IMG/VR virus record: IMGVR_UViG_3300020045_002517
Coordinates: 1 to 41,695 of that record
Source: a virus
Lineage: Duplodnaviria > Caudoviricetes
Length of the DNA: 41,695 nt
Direction: 5' to 3' (one strand)
A program made the position numbers and the translations under genes. Below the pieces are notes generated by a model, which was not told the origin of the DNA, did no database searches, and worked only from the letters and a program-made list of their open reading frames with translations. Shown here piece after piece: positions 17,503-25,470 of the stretch (positions within the stretch are counted from its first letter, which is position 1; each line of letters opens with the position of its first letter).

Positions 17503-17865
17503 CTAAAATGGAAGGTCATCGTGTTCTTCATCTTTAAAACTCGGCGCAGGTTCAAAAGTTTGCGTAGATGTGTTGATAGGCTCTTTTGAATTGTTTAATG
17601 CCTCGATACGCCAGCCTTGAATACTGTTGAAGTATTTTGTTTCACCTTGTGGGTTCGTCCATTCACGGCCACGAAGATTCAAAGAAACCTTAACTTCTTG
17701 TCCTAATTTGTAATTATTAAGTAAATCGCATTTATCTTGAGTAAACTCAATTAAGATATGTTGCGGATATTGCTCATCAGTAGTTATTACTAACTCTCTT
17801 TTTTGAAACGCTGCGCTTACTTGTTGTGTCGCATTAATTACTTTTACTTTTCCTGTAATTTCCAT
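17503..17865 (-). CDS. DUF3127 single-stranded DNA-binding protein
   Basis: MEITGKVKVI..QYPQHI..NLRGREW..YFNSIQGWRIE; acidic DDLPF tail. Confidence 0.9.
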   Translation of the reverse strand: MEITGKVKVINATQQVSAAFQKRELVITTDEQYPQHILIEFTQDKCDLLNNYKLGQEVKVSLNLRGREWTNPQGETKYFNSIQGWRIEALNNSKEPINTSTQTFEPAPSFKDEEHDDLPF

Positions 17866-17884
17866 TTTATTTATTTATTAATTG

Positions 17885-18322
17885 TTAATCGTTAAAATTT
17901 AAAGTTATCTCTTCGTTCGGTTCAGGTATATCAGTATTGAAATATTCCAAAGCAAACTGTCTTATTTCTGCAACGTAATCCATAAAAGCCGATTTTGAAA
18001 GTTCTGTTGTTGATTTTGTCCTTTCCGTAATATCCCCTGTATCTTCATTTACGAATAATGTTTCACGCAGAAATTTCATTTTTAACAAATCGTGTACGTC
18101 CTCATTACTCATAATATATCCGGCATCTTTAAGGCATTTTTTAACTATCGGAATTATAACGCCGTGATAATATCTGTTCTGTTGGTTAGATCGTTTGTTT
18201 TTTACCGGCTCAATAGTAAAAATACAATCTTTGCCTTCAAAACTTGAAACAGCTTCTACAATTTGGTTTATATTTCGTTTAAACTTTCCTTTAAGTACTG
18301 ATGTTATAATTTGGATTTTCAT
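17885..18322 (-). CDS. NinB/Orf-like recombination protein
   Basis: KRSNQQNRYYHG..STTELSKSAFMDYVAEI. Confidence 0.75.
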   Translation of the reverse strand: MKIQIITSVLKGKFKRNINQIVEAVSSFEGKDCIFTIEPVKNKRSNQQNRYYHGVIIPIVKKCLKDAGYIMSNEDVHDLLKMKFLRETLFVNEDTGDITERTKSTTELSKSAFMDYVAEIRQFALEYFNTDIPEPNEEITLNFND

Positions 18323-18729
18323 ATTAATTCGTTATAAGCTAATACCGACCAAGCTAAAACCTTTTTACACGTTGCTTCTGAAAACATTCCGATATGTGTA
18401 TATTTATCAGGAAGCATTAAAAAGTCTGCTAATTTTTCGTAAGCCGTATCACGATCCATTTTTTTATACTTCCAAAGCATATCAAATTTTTCGTGTGCCT
18501 TTCGCTTCCAATATCTCAAGTCTTTATTCGCTAACCTTCCAAGTGTTTGGCCGTCGTCGTGAGTTCCTACGTAGCTATCGCATTTTGGAAAGTTTATACA
18601 GCATATTACTTTCCTGCCTTTATATTCCTTACCGTAAATTTCTGTTTCTGTTGTTACTCGTGTTTCTGATTTACAGTAAGGACATATTTTGGCGTTTAAA
18701 ATATCTAATTGGTATTGAGTTAATTCCAT
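18319..18729 (-). CDS. DUF3268-like zinc-finger protein
   Basis: CPYC..C..CDSYVGTH..LGRLAN..AHEKFDMLWK..HIGMF. Confidence 0.85.
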   Translation of the reverse strand: MELTQYQLDILNAKICPYCKSETRVTTETEIYGKEYKGRKVICCINFPKCDSYVGTHDDGQTLGRLANKDLRYWKRKAHEKFDMLWKYKKMDRDTAYEKLADFLMLPDKYTHIGMFSEATCKKVLAWSVLAYNELI

Positions 18730-18737
18730 ATAGTTTT

Positions 18738-19049
18738 TTAAAAGTGAATACCTTTTATAGGGTACATTTTAGTAAAATTAGTAAACTCAATCGAAGAATC
18801 CCAGTCACATTCATACCCTCCTTTATACCACGTAAAAATCATATCACATAACCACACGCTCGGCTCTTGAATATCTTCTGGAATTTCCTTTGGAATACTA
18901 AAATCAGTTTCTCCTCCAAGCCACTCATTTAAAATGTCTTGGTCGTTTATTTTATCTTGAGTGCAAACACCAATATCAATCAGCCTGAAATCATTAAGCA
19001 CATCTATTGCCATAACACAGCCTACAAACTTAAAATTTTTTGTTTGCAT
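18738..19049 (-). CDS. Hypothetical protein
   Basis: 103-aa ORF. Confidence 0.6.
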   Translation of the reverse strand: MQTKNFKFVGCVMAIDVLNDFRLIDIGVCTQDKINDQDILNEWLGGETDFSIPKEIPEDIQEPSVWLCDMIFTWYKGGYECDWDSSIEFTNFTKMYPIKGIHF

Positions 19050-19495
19050 TAGAATTTAATAGTAATAGAACTTTTACGTGGCGTTGTTGAAACTTTTGGC
19101 ACATCATTACCGTAAGCATCAATAACGTCTTGCTTTTGCGCTAATTTAAGCAATTCAGCACGTGATTTCAAGTCTTTATCCAATTGTAAATAAATAGGGT
19201 CTTCTGAATAGTTAATTGTATTACCTCCGTTTACAGGATTAAACTCTACGCCAAAGCATGTTGTTTTTTCATCAGGCAGATGTTTTCTTAATTCTGAATC
19301 AGCAGAATTTATAACTTCTTTTAGCCTTGCCAAATTTGCCATAACTTGAAGCTTGTCAGTTTCTCCGTTTTCTAACAAATCATCAATCATTTTTTTTCCT
19401 GTTGCAATTGCTTCTTTTTTTGTGAAGTCTTGAGCGTAAAGGTTTGAAATTTCTCCTGCTCTTAATTGTAAAAATTGTTCTGAACTTTTTGACAT
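19049..19495 (-). CDS. Hypothetical protein in the recombination module
   Basis: 148-aa ORF directly after the putative annealase. Confidence 0.7.
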   Translation of the reverse strand: MSKSSEQFLQLRAGEISNLYAQDFTKKEAIATGKKMIDDLLENGETDKLQVMANLARLKEVINSADSELRKHLPDEKTTCFGVEFNPVNGGNTINYSEDPIYLQLDKDLKSRAELLKLAQKQDVIDAYGNDVPKVSTTPRKSSITIKF

Positions 19496-19499
19496 AATA

Positions 19500-20144
19500 T
19501 TATTTTTTAGGTGTTAATTTTTCTTTTAATGTTGTAACGTATTTACTAAATAAAACTTGATCGGATTCTGTTAATGATTTATATTTTGTTCCAAGCTCTT
19601 CAATAGTTCCTGCGCTGTCTAAATCCAATTGAATTTCTAAACGTCTATTTTCTTCTTTTTCTTTAGCTTCAGATTGTTCTTTTTCTTTAGCTTTTTCTTC
19701 TACCGGTTTAAACTCTTCTTTCATTTCTTCAACATATCTAACATCATCAAATTTGCCCATAAAAATATCAGCGTTAAACCCAAGTTTAGATATTGCCTTA
19801 GTCAAAGCATCGGTTTCAATTTTTTTTGCAAAATTATCGTCTACTTTTGTTTTTGCGTTATCCATGAATAATTTTATAGAATTTATTATAGGAAATTCTC
19901 CTTCTGGATAAAAGAAATTAGCCTTAAAAACAACCAAATCTAATCTTTCTACTAAAGAATAGTCAAGTTCAATATTTTTGAAACCCCATGTTTTTCCATA
20001 AGATCCAAACTTTTCAGTAACATTCATTATTTGGAATTGTGGCGAAATAGAAGTTATTTTGTTTCCACCAACATTAGCATTTTTTGTATATGCTGGATTT
20101 GTTTTTTCAACCGATTTCCAAAGTTTTAGATTATCTTCTGACAT
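19500..20144 (-). CDS. Putative Rad52/Sak-like single-strand annealing protein
   Basis: TEKFGSYGKTWG..KKIETDALTKAISKLGFNADIF; near SSB and NinB. Confidence 0.6.
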   Translation of the reverse strand: MSEDNLKLWKSVEKTNPAYTKNANVGGNKITSISPQFQIMNVTEKFGSYGKTWGFKNIELDYSLVERLDLVVFKANFFYPEGEFPIINSIKLFMDNAKTKVDDNFAKKIETDALTKAISKLGFNADIFMGKFDDVRYVEEMKEEFKPVEEKAKEKEQSEAKEKEENRRLEIQLDLDSAGTIEELGTKYKSLTESDQVLFSKYVTTLKEKLTPKK

Positions 20145-20146
20145 AA

Positions 20147-20371
20147 CTAATATGTTTTATTTAATTCGCTCAACGGTTTGTCGAAGTCTGGATTAGTAAT
20201 TACCTTGATGTTCTCGGATTTTTTTGTGGTTGTTTCATACTCACGCTTTATTGAATTGTTTATTAATTCTATCCACGCGTTGAATTTCTGTGATTCTTTT
20301 TGCAAAGGCGTTAGCTTTGTATTTGAAGCTATTGAACTTTTTTGCATTAGGTATATATCTTGTGGGCTCAT
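20147..20371 (-). CDS. Hypothetical protein
   Basis: 74-aa ORF. Confidence 0.6.
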   Translation of the reverse strand: MSPQDIYLMQKSSIASNTKLTPLQKESQKFNAWIELINNSIKREYETTTKKSENIKVITNPDFDKPLSELNKTY

Positions 20372-20619
20372 AACTCTATTTTTAATATATGTTTAAGATT
20401 ACTTTCTCCATTTAAATAAATTTGGTAATTAAAATAAATATTATTTTTCATTTTAAGAATAATCTCCTTGGTATCTAATCTAACTTTTGATATTTCGAAA
20501 GCTTTAAGCCTATATGTTTTTGGATAATCATGAATATTTAAATGGAACTCACAAACAACTAAATCACCTTGTTTTAGTTCTTCAAATTGCTCTAATGTAT
20601 GTAATTCTGTATATTTCAT
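20368..20619 (-). CDS. Hypothetical protein
   Basis: 83-aa ORF, ATGA overlaps. Confidence 0.6.
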   Translation of the reverse strand: MKYTELHTLEQFEELKQGDLVVCEFHLNIHDYPKTYRLKAFEISKVRLDTKEIILKMKNNIYFNYQIYLNGESNLKHILKIEL

Positions 20620-20891
20620 AATCTATTTAATCTATGTGTTAATGTTGCTTTTAATTTGATGTATTCTATAACTGAATCTGTATCTTCATTCAAAGAAGCT
20701 ATAAACATAGCTGATTCATTATATCTTCGCTCCATATTCTCCCAAAGCTTCTTGATGTTTTTTATTTCTTCAAGGTTGTTTTCAATCCAAATTTCTTGAG
20801 GTGAATAAATTTCTTCATCAAACACCTCAATTTCATTTGCAGGGTTTGAAGGGTTTTCTAATCCTGTTGTTTTATCGTCGTAGCTGTTCAT
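20616..20891 (-). CDS. Hypothetical protein
   Basis: 91-aa ORF, ATGA overlaps. Confidence 0.6.
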   Translation of the reverse strand: MNSYDDKTTGLENPSNPANEIEVFDEEIYSPQEIWIENNLEEIKNIKKLWENMERRYNESAMFIASLNEDTDSVIEYIKLKATLTHRLNRL

Positions 20892-21124
20892 AATTTTTTC
20901 GCATAAATTAATCTAAATTCCCCAAATCCGTAAAATGAGCCATACCTGTATTTACCGTCATCATTTTTGAATATGTATTTTCCAATGGTTAAAATGTTAT
21001 CTTCTTTAAATTTTTCTATTGCTGAAGATTCGTTTTGAGCGATAATTGGAAATTTGTTTTTCTTGTCATTTACAATATGACCTTCAACATGTTTCCATTG
21101 TATATAAATATCAAATTTTTTCAT
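20888..21124 (-). CDS. Hypothetical protein
   Basis: 78-aa ORF. Confidence 0.6.
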   Translation of the reverse strand: MKKFDIYIQWKHVEGHIVNDKKNKFPIIAQNESSAIEKFKEDNILTIGKYIFKNDDGKYRYGSFYGFGEFRLIYAKKL

Positions 21125-21126
21125 AA

Positions 21127-21375
21127 CTATCTAATTTTTAAAGTTCCTTTTACTTCTGAATCATAATCAATTCCTTCAAAATCTACGTATTTTAATCTCA
21201 ATATTTTTCCGTAGAAATTAATTTTCTCTAAACCGTGTTTGCTGTTGTAATCTCGGCTTAATTTTGACTGTGTAATTTTAGCTTTTTTAATTTTTTCATC
21301 CTTAAGCATTTCGGATTGGCTTTCAAACTCTTTGTCAACCCAATTTTGAAAAGTTGTTTTTTCTTCTTGTATCAT
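21127..21375 (-). CDS. Hypothetical protein, first gene of the early operon
   Basis: 82-aa ORF after the promoter at 21406. Confidence 0.65.
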   Translation of the reverse strand: MIQEEKTTFQNWVDKEFESQSEMLKDEKIKKAKITQSKLSRDYNSKHGLEKINFYGKILRLKYVDFEGIDYDSEVKGTLKIR

Positions 21376-21405
21376 TTTTTATGTTTTAATTATTAATTGA
21401 TTATG

Positions 21406-21461
21406 CAAATATATACATAATTGCATTTACGCATACAATTAATTATGTTAAAGTTTTAAAA
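21406..21461 (-). promoter_or_regulatory. Early promoter with candidate operator elements
   Basis: TATATTTG at 21406-21413; ATGCAA-N12-TTGCAT; 18-bp element shared with 11509-11526. Confidence 0.7.
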
Positions 21462-21463
21462 AT

Positions 21464-21490
21464 AAAAAACCCACTCGTTAGAATGGGTTT
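21464..21490 (-). terminator. Rho-independent terminator
   Basis: AAAACCCATT-CTAAC-GAGTGGGTTTTTT. Confidence 0.8.
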
Positions 21491-21499
21491 ACTTTACTG

Positions 21500-21742
21500 C
21501 TATTTAATTAGTTTTATGTCCTTATATTTATATAGAAAATCGAAAGGAAAATCTAAATAAAGCATTATTATTTTAAGTTTTTCTTCTGATAAGCACCCGA
21601 AATAACCTTTTAGAAACTTTGATAAATTTGGTTGTGATATTCCATTTACATTTTTACAAAGTTTGCTTTGCGTTATTCCTCTGTAACCCATTGCGAATTT
21701 AAGGGCATCGGGATTAATTTCTGATTTAAGTTTTATAATCAT
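21500..21742 (-). CDS. XRE-family HTH protein (start probably MIIKLK)
   Basis: RGITQSKLCKNVNGISQPNLSKFLKG; ATGA overlap with the upstream stop. Confidence 0.75.
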   Translation of the reverse strand: MIIKLKSEINPDALKFAMGYRGITQSKLCKNVNGISQPNLSKFLKGYFGCLSEEKLKIIMLYLDFPFDFLYKYKDIKLIK

Positions 21743-22266
21743 ACGATGTACTTCCTGTAAAGCCAATATCCTAAAGGAATCAGGAATAGTAAAAGCCACC
21801 ATAAACTGACTGCTTCAGTCTGCTTTGATTTGGTTTTAATATTCGTTTCTTCTTTTTGGCGTATTGCTGATTCTAATTTGTGGTTTATAGATTCTGTTTG
21901 GATGGCCGTTTCTTTTTTATCCGACTGAATATTTGATACTGAATTGTCAGATTTAGCTTTATAAGTTACGTTTGCATTTTCCCAAACCGTTTTAGTTGTG
22001 TTTCCGTCTTTGGTTACGGTCTTTGTAACAGGTTTTAACGGATCAATAGCTTTAACATCTTCTTCTAATTCTGAAATATCGCTGTTAATAGTTGTTTTAT
22101 CGGTTGTAAAGGATTCTTTTTTGTTTTCAGTGTTAGTAGATATCTCTTCTTTTAAGACCTCTGTAAGCTCCGATTTTGATTCTGTCTTGTTTATTTCCGT
22201 GTTTACTTTCCGTGAAGCGCAGGAGCATAAAATAATAGCTGATAGTAATAGTATTGGTTTTTTCAT
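21739..22266 (-). CDS. Putative unimolecular spanin
   Basis: Lipoprotein signal IILCSC and C-terminal TM helix WWLLLFLIPLGYWLY-RK; near the endolysin. Confidence 0.7.
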   Translation of the reverse strand: MKKPILLLSAIILCSCASRKVNTEINKTESKSELTEVLKEEISTNTENKKESFTTDKTTINSDISELEEDVKAIDPLKPVTKTVTKDGNTTKTVWENANVTYKAKSDNSVSNIQSDKKETAIQTESINHKLESAIRQKEETNIKTKSKQTEAVSLWWLLLFLIPLGYWLYRKYIV

Positions 22267-22472
22267 TTAGAATATTTTTTAATTATAAATTTTGGGAATC
22301 CTTTTGGTACTTTAAATCCTAATCCTATGTGTAAGCACCAAAATCCCCAGCATATTCCTAAACCGTAAACTTTAATGACCTCTACATTCATTATTACTGA
22401 AAATAAATATGGAGTAATTGCAAAATCTTCTCCGTTTATTCTCGTGTCCATATAACCGCCTACTATATTCAT
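22263..22472 (-). CDS. Hypothetical hydrophobic protein
   Basis: 69-aa ORF; TATTTTTG box at 22493-22500 upstream. Confidence 0.55.
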   Translation of the reverse strand: MNIVGGYMDTRINGEDFAITPYLFSVIMNVEVIKVYGLGICWGFWCLHIGLGFKVPKGFPKFIIKKYSK

Positions 22473-22553
22473 AATCCATTTATTAAGTTATACAAAAATA
22501 CTAATCCTGAAAATGCAAATACTATCTTCCAATAGTTAGATGCGTGGGTGTAT

Positions 22554-22928
22554 TTATTCATTTTCCGAATCTCCATTAAGTTTTGATTTTACTTTTCTAT
22601 AATTTTGAGAACTGTCTTTAAATAAACTTTCATAAATACTAAAAGTAGATATTTTTCTACCTATTGCCGTTACAGAAAATTGTCTTGTAACAAAGTGAGG
22701 TTTTCCACATATAGTACCGCTGATTCTTAATTTAGAAACATCAACACTACCATGTCTTGGATTTTCTAAATTATATTCTTTTAAAAATTGGTTTATTTCA
22801 TTAAATACTTCTTCAATATTCATTTCTAAAGGATTAGAAACTAAATTTTTTGAAAATTCTAATACAGCTTGTTCGCATCTGTTTCTGACTTTGTAATCTT
22901 TGTGGTGAAAGAAATTAAATTTTTCCAT
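22554..22928 (-). CDS. Hypothetical protein (start probably MEKFNFF)
   Basis: ATG just after the leader terminator. Confidence 0.65.
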   Translation of the reverse strand: MEKFNFFHHKDYKVRNRCEQAVLEFSKNLVSNPLEMNIEEVFNEINQFLKEYNLENPRHGSVDVSKLRISGTICGKPHFVTRQFSVTAIGRKISTFSIYESLFKDSSQNYRKVKSKLNGDSENE

Positions 22929-22933
22929 AATAT

Positions 22934-23005
22934 AAAAAAATAATGCCCCCACTCGCTACAAATGAAGGCATTAATAAATTTTAGTTGTAGCGAATTACAA
23001 ATGTA
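22934..23005 (-). promoter_or_regulatory. Promoter plus candidate attenuator leader
   Basis: TACATTTG at 22998-23005; TCGCTACAA complementary to the TTGTAGCGA loop of a 12-bp terminator followed by T7. Confidence 0.7.
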
Positions 23006-23013
23006 GTGAATTA

Positions 23014-23220
23014 TTATCTTGAAACTACAAAAATTCTACCATTAGAAAAATTTATCACTTTTTCACTTTTAGTATTATTAGATTTTAAATACTCAATAGC
23101 TTCAAATATCTGATTCCTGTCTTTATCTGTAAAACAATTATATAGAGTTCTGTTTATAAATTTATTCTCTATTAATGTACTTTCGTAAATCATTATTATA
23201 ATATTTATAAACATTTTCAT
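23014..23220 (-). CDS. Hypothetical protein
   Basis: 68-aa ORF, coupled to a 27-aa ORF at 23217-23300. Confidence 0.5.
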   Translation of the reverse strand: MKMFINIIIMIYESTLIENKFINRTLYNCFTDKDRNQIFEAIEYLKSNNTKSEKVINFSNGRIFVVSR

Positions 23221-23335
23221 ACTTCAGTCCCTCCTTTCTTATTTCCGTGAACTACATCTCCAATAATTAATTCATTTCCATACCAAGTTGAATTTTTCAT
23301 AAAATTTATTTTTAAAAGTTAAATTCAAAGATAAT

Positions 23336-23367
23336 AAAAAAGCCTTGACAAATCAATGCAAGGCTTT
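23336..23367 (-). terminator. Terminator downstream of the tRNA
   Basis: AAAGCCTTG-11 nt-CAAGGCTTTTTT; a TATCTTTG promoter box follows at 23326-23333. Confidence 0.8.
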
Positions 23368-23414
23368 AGTTTAATAAAACACAATGGATATTTGTTGGTC
23401 ACGGTGTTTTAAAG

Positions 23415-23488
23415 TGGCTCAAAAAGGACTCGAACCTTTGACTTTTTCGTTATGAGCGAACTACTCTAACCATCTGAGTTATAAAGCC
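23415..23488 (-). tRNA. tRNA with CAT anticodon (elongator Met-like; Ile2 not excluded), CCA not encoded
   Basis: Cloverleaf GGCTTTA-TA-ACTC/GAGT-GTTCG CTCATAA CGAAA-AAAGG TTCGAGT CCTTT-TTGAGCC-A. Confidence 0.9.
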
Positions 23489-23534
23489 GATGTAAAACTA
23501 ATAAATTAATATCAATTACAAAACTATTCCAAAT

Positions 23535-23572
23535 AAAAAAACCGCTTTCTATATTTTACAAAGAAGCGGTTT
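23535..23572 (-). terminator. Terminator after the endolysin
   Basis: AAACCGCTTC...GAAAGCGGTTTTTTT. Confidence 0.8.
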
Positions 23573-23604
23573 AAATATTTTATTATGAATTGTAAATGTA
23601 ATGA

Positions 23605-24027
23605 TTATTTTAATTGAAAATGAGGTGCATCGAAAAATTTCCAATCTACTCCAGCATCAATTTCAATTCCTAATCTTGTACCGGTTGCTTTTATATGTTT
23701 TGCGATAGCCTTTAATCTTGGAATAACATCTTTGTCGCTTACTTGAACAGATCCATTATAAAACGGATATAAGTCAACTGCATATCCGTAACTGTCCGAT
23801 TTAGGCTGATGGTTGGATTTATTTTTAATTCCATCAGTCTTTGTAACGATAGCGCCTTTAGTCGTTCTGCCCTGCGCATATAACTGCTGTTGTCTTGCAA
23901 GTGTTCTAACTCCTTCGGTAATTGTGAAGTCGTAAGGCGTATCTTTAATAGCTTCATTCATAACTTTAACCAAATTAGGGTGAACCCCTTTCAAGCTGTC
24001 TAAACTTCTTTGTGAAAATTTTCCCAT
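23605..24027 (-). CDS. Endolysin, M15-family L-Ala-D-Glu peptidase
   Basis: EGVRTLARQQQLYAQGRT, SNH..AVD and DAPHFQL motifs. Confidence 0.92.
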   Translation of the reverse strand: MGKFSQRSLDSLKGVHPNLVKVMNEAIKDTPYDFTITEGVRTLARQQQLYAQGRTTKGAIVTKTDGIKNKSNHQPKSDSYGYAVDLYPFYNGSVQVSDKDVIPRLKAIAKHIKATGTRLGIEIDAGVDWKFFDAPHFQLK

Positions 24028-24029
24028 AA

Positions 24030-24245
24030 TTATTTATTTTTTAAGCTGTCTAAAGATATTTTTAACGATTCAGAATTTCTTTTGAACTTATCTTTTTCCA
24101 GACGGTTAGTGTTTATCAATAGTTTGTGTTCGACTTCTATTGCCTTGCTGGGCTTTATAGCCTCCATCTTCGGTAATTCTGAAGAAAATAAGCTGGTAAG
24201 GAAGCCTATAAATCCCAAATATAATATAAAGGTTAGGTTTTTCAT
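24030..24245 (-). CDS. Small protein with N-terminal TM/signal segment
   Basis: Hydrophobic first ~20 aa; adjacent to the endolysin. Confidence 0.6.
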   Translation of the reverse strand: MKNLTFILYLGFIGFLTSLFSSELPKMEAIKPSKAIEVEHKLLINTNRLEKDKFKRNSESLKISLDSLKNK

Positions 24246-24595
24246 TTCTTTGTCCTTTTCATTACTTCAAGCTCTATTCTCAAGCTATCTATTATTTTGT
24301 TGTTGTTCTTCATTTCATTGTTTTCTTGGCGAAGCTTTTCACTGTCACGCTCCTTTAAAAAATCAATCTGCCGTATATATTGGTTTTCCTTTACTATCCG
24401 CCTGTATTCTATATTTTCTAAATTGACATTATTCCTTACGATTATGTAAACTATAATGGCTATAAGAACGGCAATAAAAAAGTTTTTCCTTAAGTTTAAC
24501 TTTTCCAATTCTTTTTTTTTGCTCCACCACCTGTCTATCCTTAACCATAAATTCCAAATGTGATTCCCTATGTTAAGGTATTTGATGATATCCAT
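24242..24595 (-). CDS. Single-TM coiled-coil protein (lysis-associated candidate)
   Basis: FFIAVLIAIIVYIIV helix then a charged coiled coil. Confidence 0.65.
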   Translation of the reverse strand: MDIIKYLNIGNHIWNLWLRIDRWWSKKKELEKLNLRKNFFIAVLIAIIVYIIVRNNVNLENIEYRRIVKENQYIRQIDFLKERDSEKLRQENNEMKNNNKIIDSLRIELEVMKRTKK

Positions 24596-24747
24596 TTCTT
24601 TAATTTAGTAAAGCATTGCTTAATATTTTGACATTTTGACCTTAACCAAATTATAAATTTTATTGTGAATATGACATCATAAAAAAGGAATATTAAAAAT
24701 AAAAATGTTCCTATTATAGTCTGTGCGCTGAATATTATACTAATCAT
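24568..24747 (-). CDS. 59-aa membrane protein (MISIIFSAQTIIGTFLFLIFLFY...)
   Basis: Manual translation; overlaps both neighbours. Confidence 0.5.
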   Translation of the reverse strand: MISIIFSAQTIIGTFLFLIFLFYDVIFTIKFIIWLRSKCQNIKQCFTKLKKWISSNTLT

Positions 24748-25162
24748 TTCGGGGGCGTTTTAATTTAGCCACCAAGATAAATAAAATAATTATAGCAAAT
24801 ATTATAAAAGGTTGTGTATATTGTGTTATATAATTTGAGTAATCATTTGCAAGTATCACGTCTATTTCTGAAGCTGTCTTATCTGAATTGTGGTATTTTA
24901 CCGAACATACTCTAACTGCTGAAACTAAATTGGCAAAGAATAATGATACTACAATTCCATAGCACACCTTTGGAACTAACTTAAACTTCTTAACGTCTGA
25001 ATAAACGTAAAAAGCAAAAAACAGAGCTTCCAAAGAATATAATATCTCGGAAGCTCTGTAATAAAACAATTCGTAATTCGACAACCAGCGACCTATAACA
25101 TAGTAAAAAAGCAATAAAATAATTATTACTTCCTTGCGCTGTATGTTGTCGAAATATTTCAT
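24740..25162 (-). CDS. Polytopic (~4 TM) membrane protein
   Basis: Four hydrophobic segments. Confidence 0.7.
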   Translation of the reverse strand: MKYFDNIQRKEVIIILLLFYYVIGRWLSNYELFYYRASEILYSLEALFFAFYVYSDVKKFKLVPKVCYGIVVSLFFANLVSAVRVCSVKYHNSDKTASEIDVILANDYSNYITQYTQPFIIFAIIILFILVAKLKRPRND

Positions 25163-25342
25163 TTATTTTTTGATTGGTCTTAAAGGTCTTGGAAGTCCTG
25201 ATTCGTCAAGGTCATTATTAAAGTCAAAATAAACTTCGATTCCTTTTGCTTCATAATCCTTTGCGTGCAGGTCTAACATTGCATTGTTAGCTGATACATC
25301 TGCATCCGTCCAATCTTCCAAATAAATAGTTACTTTTTTCAT
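25163..25342 (-). CDS. 59-aa acidic protein ending GLPRPLRPIKK
   Basis: Manual translation; stop abuts the next ATG. Confidence 0.6.
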   Translation of the reverse strand: MKKVTIYLEDWTDADVSANNAMLDLHAKDYEAKGIEVYFDFNNDLDESGLPRPLRPIKK

Positions 25343-25365
25343 TTCAAGTGGTATTTAAGTTAGCC

Positions 25366-25440
25366 GTAAATGTAATGAAAAAAATTAAATAAAAATAATT
25401 TATAAAAAGTGCTTGTAATTAATTTTAATGCTTATATTTG
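25366..25440. promoter_or_regulatory. Divergent promoter region
   Basis: Minus-strand TACATTTA variant at 25367-25374; plus-strand TATATTTG at 25433-25440. Confidence 0.65.
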
Positions 25441-25470
25441 CTGAAGTAAAAACAATTAAAAATATTTATT

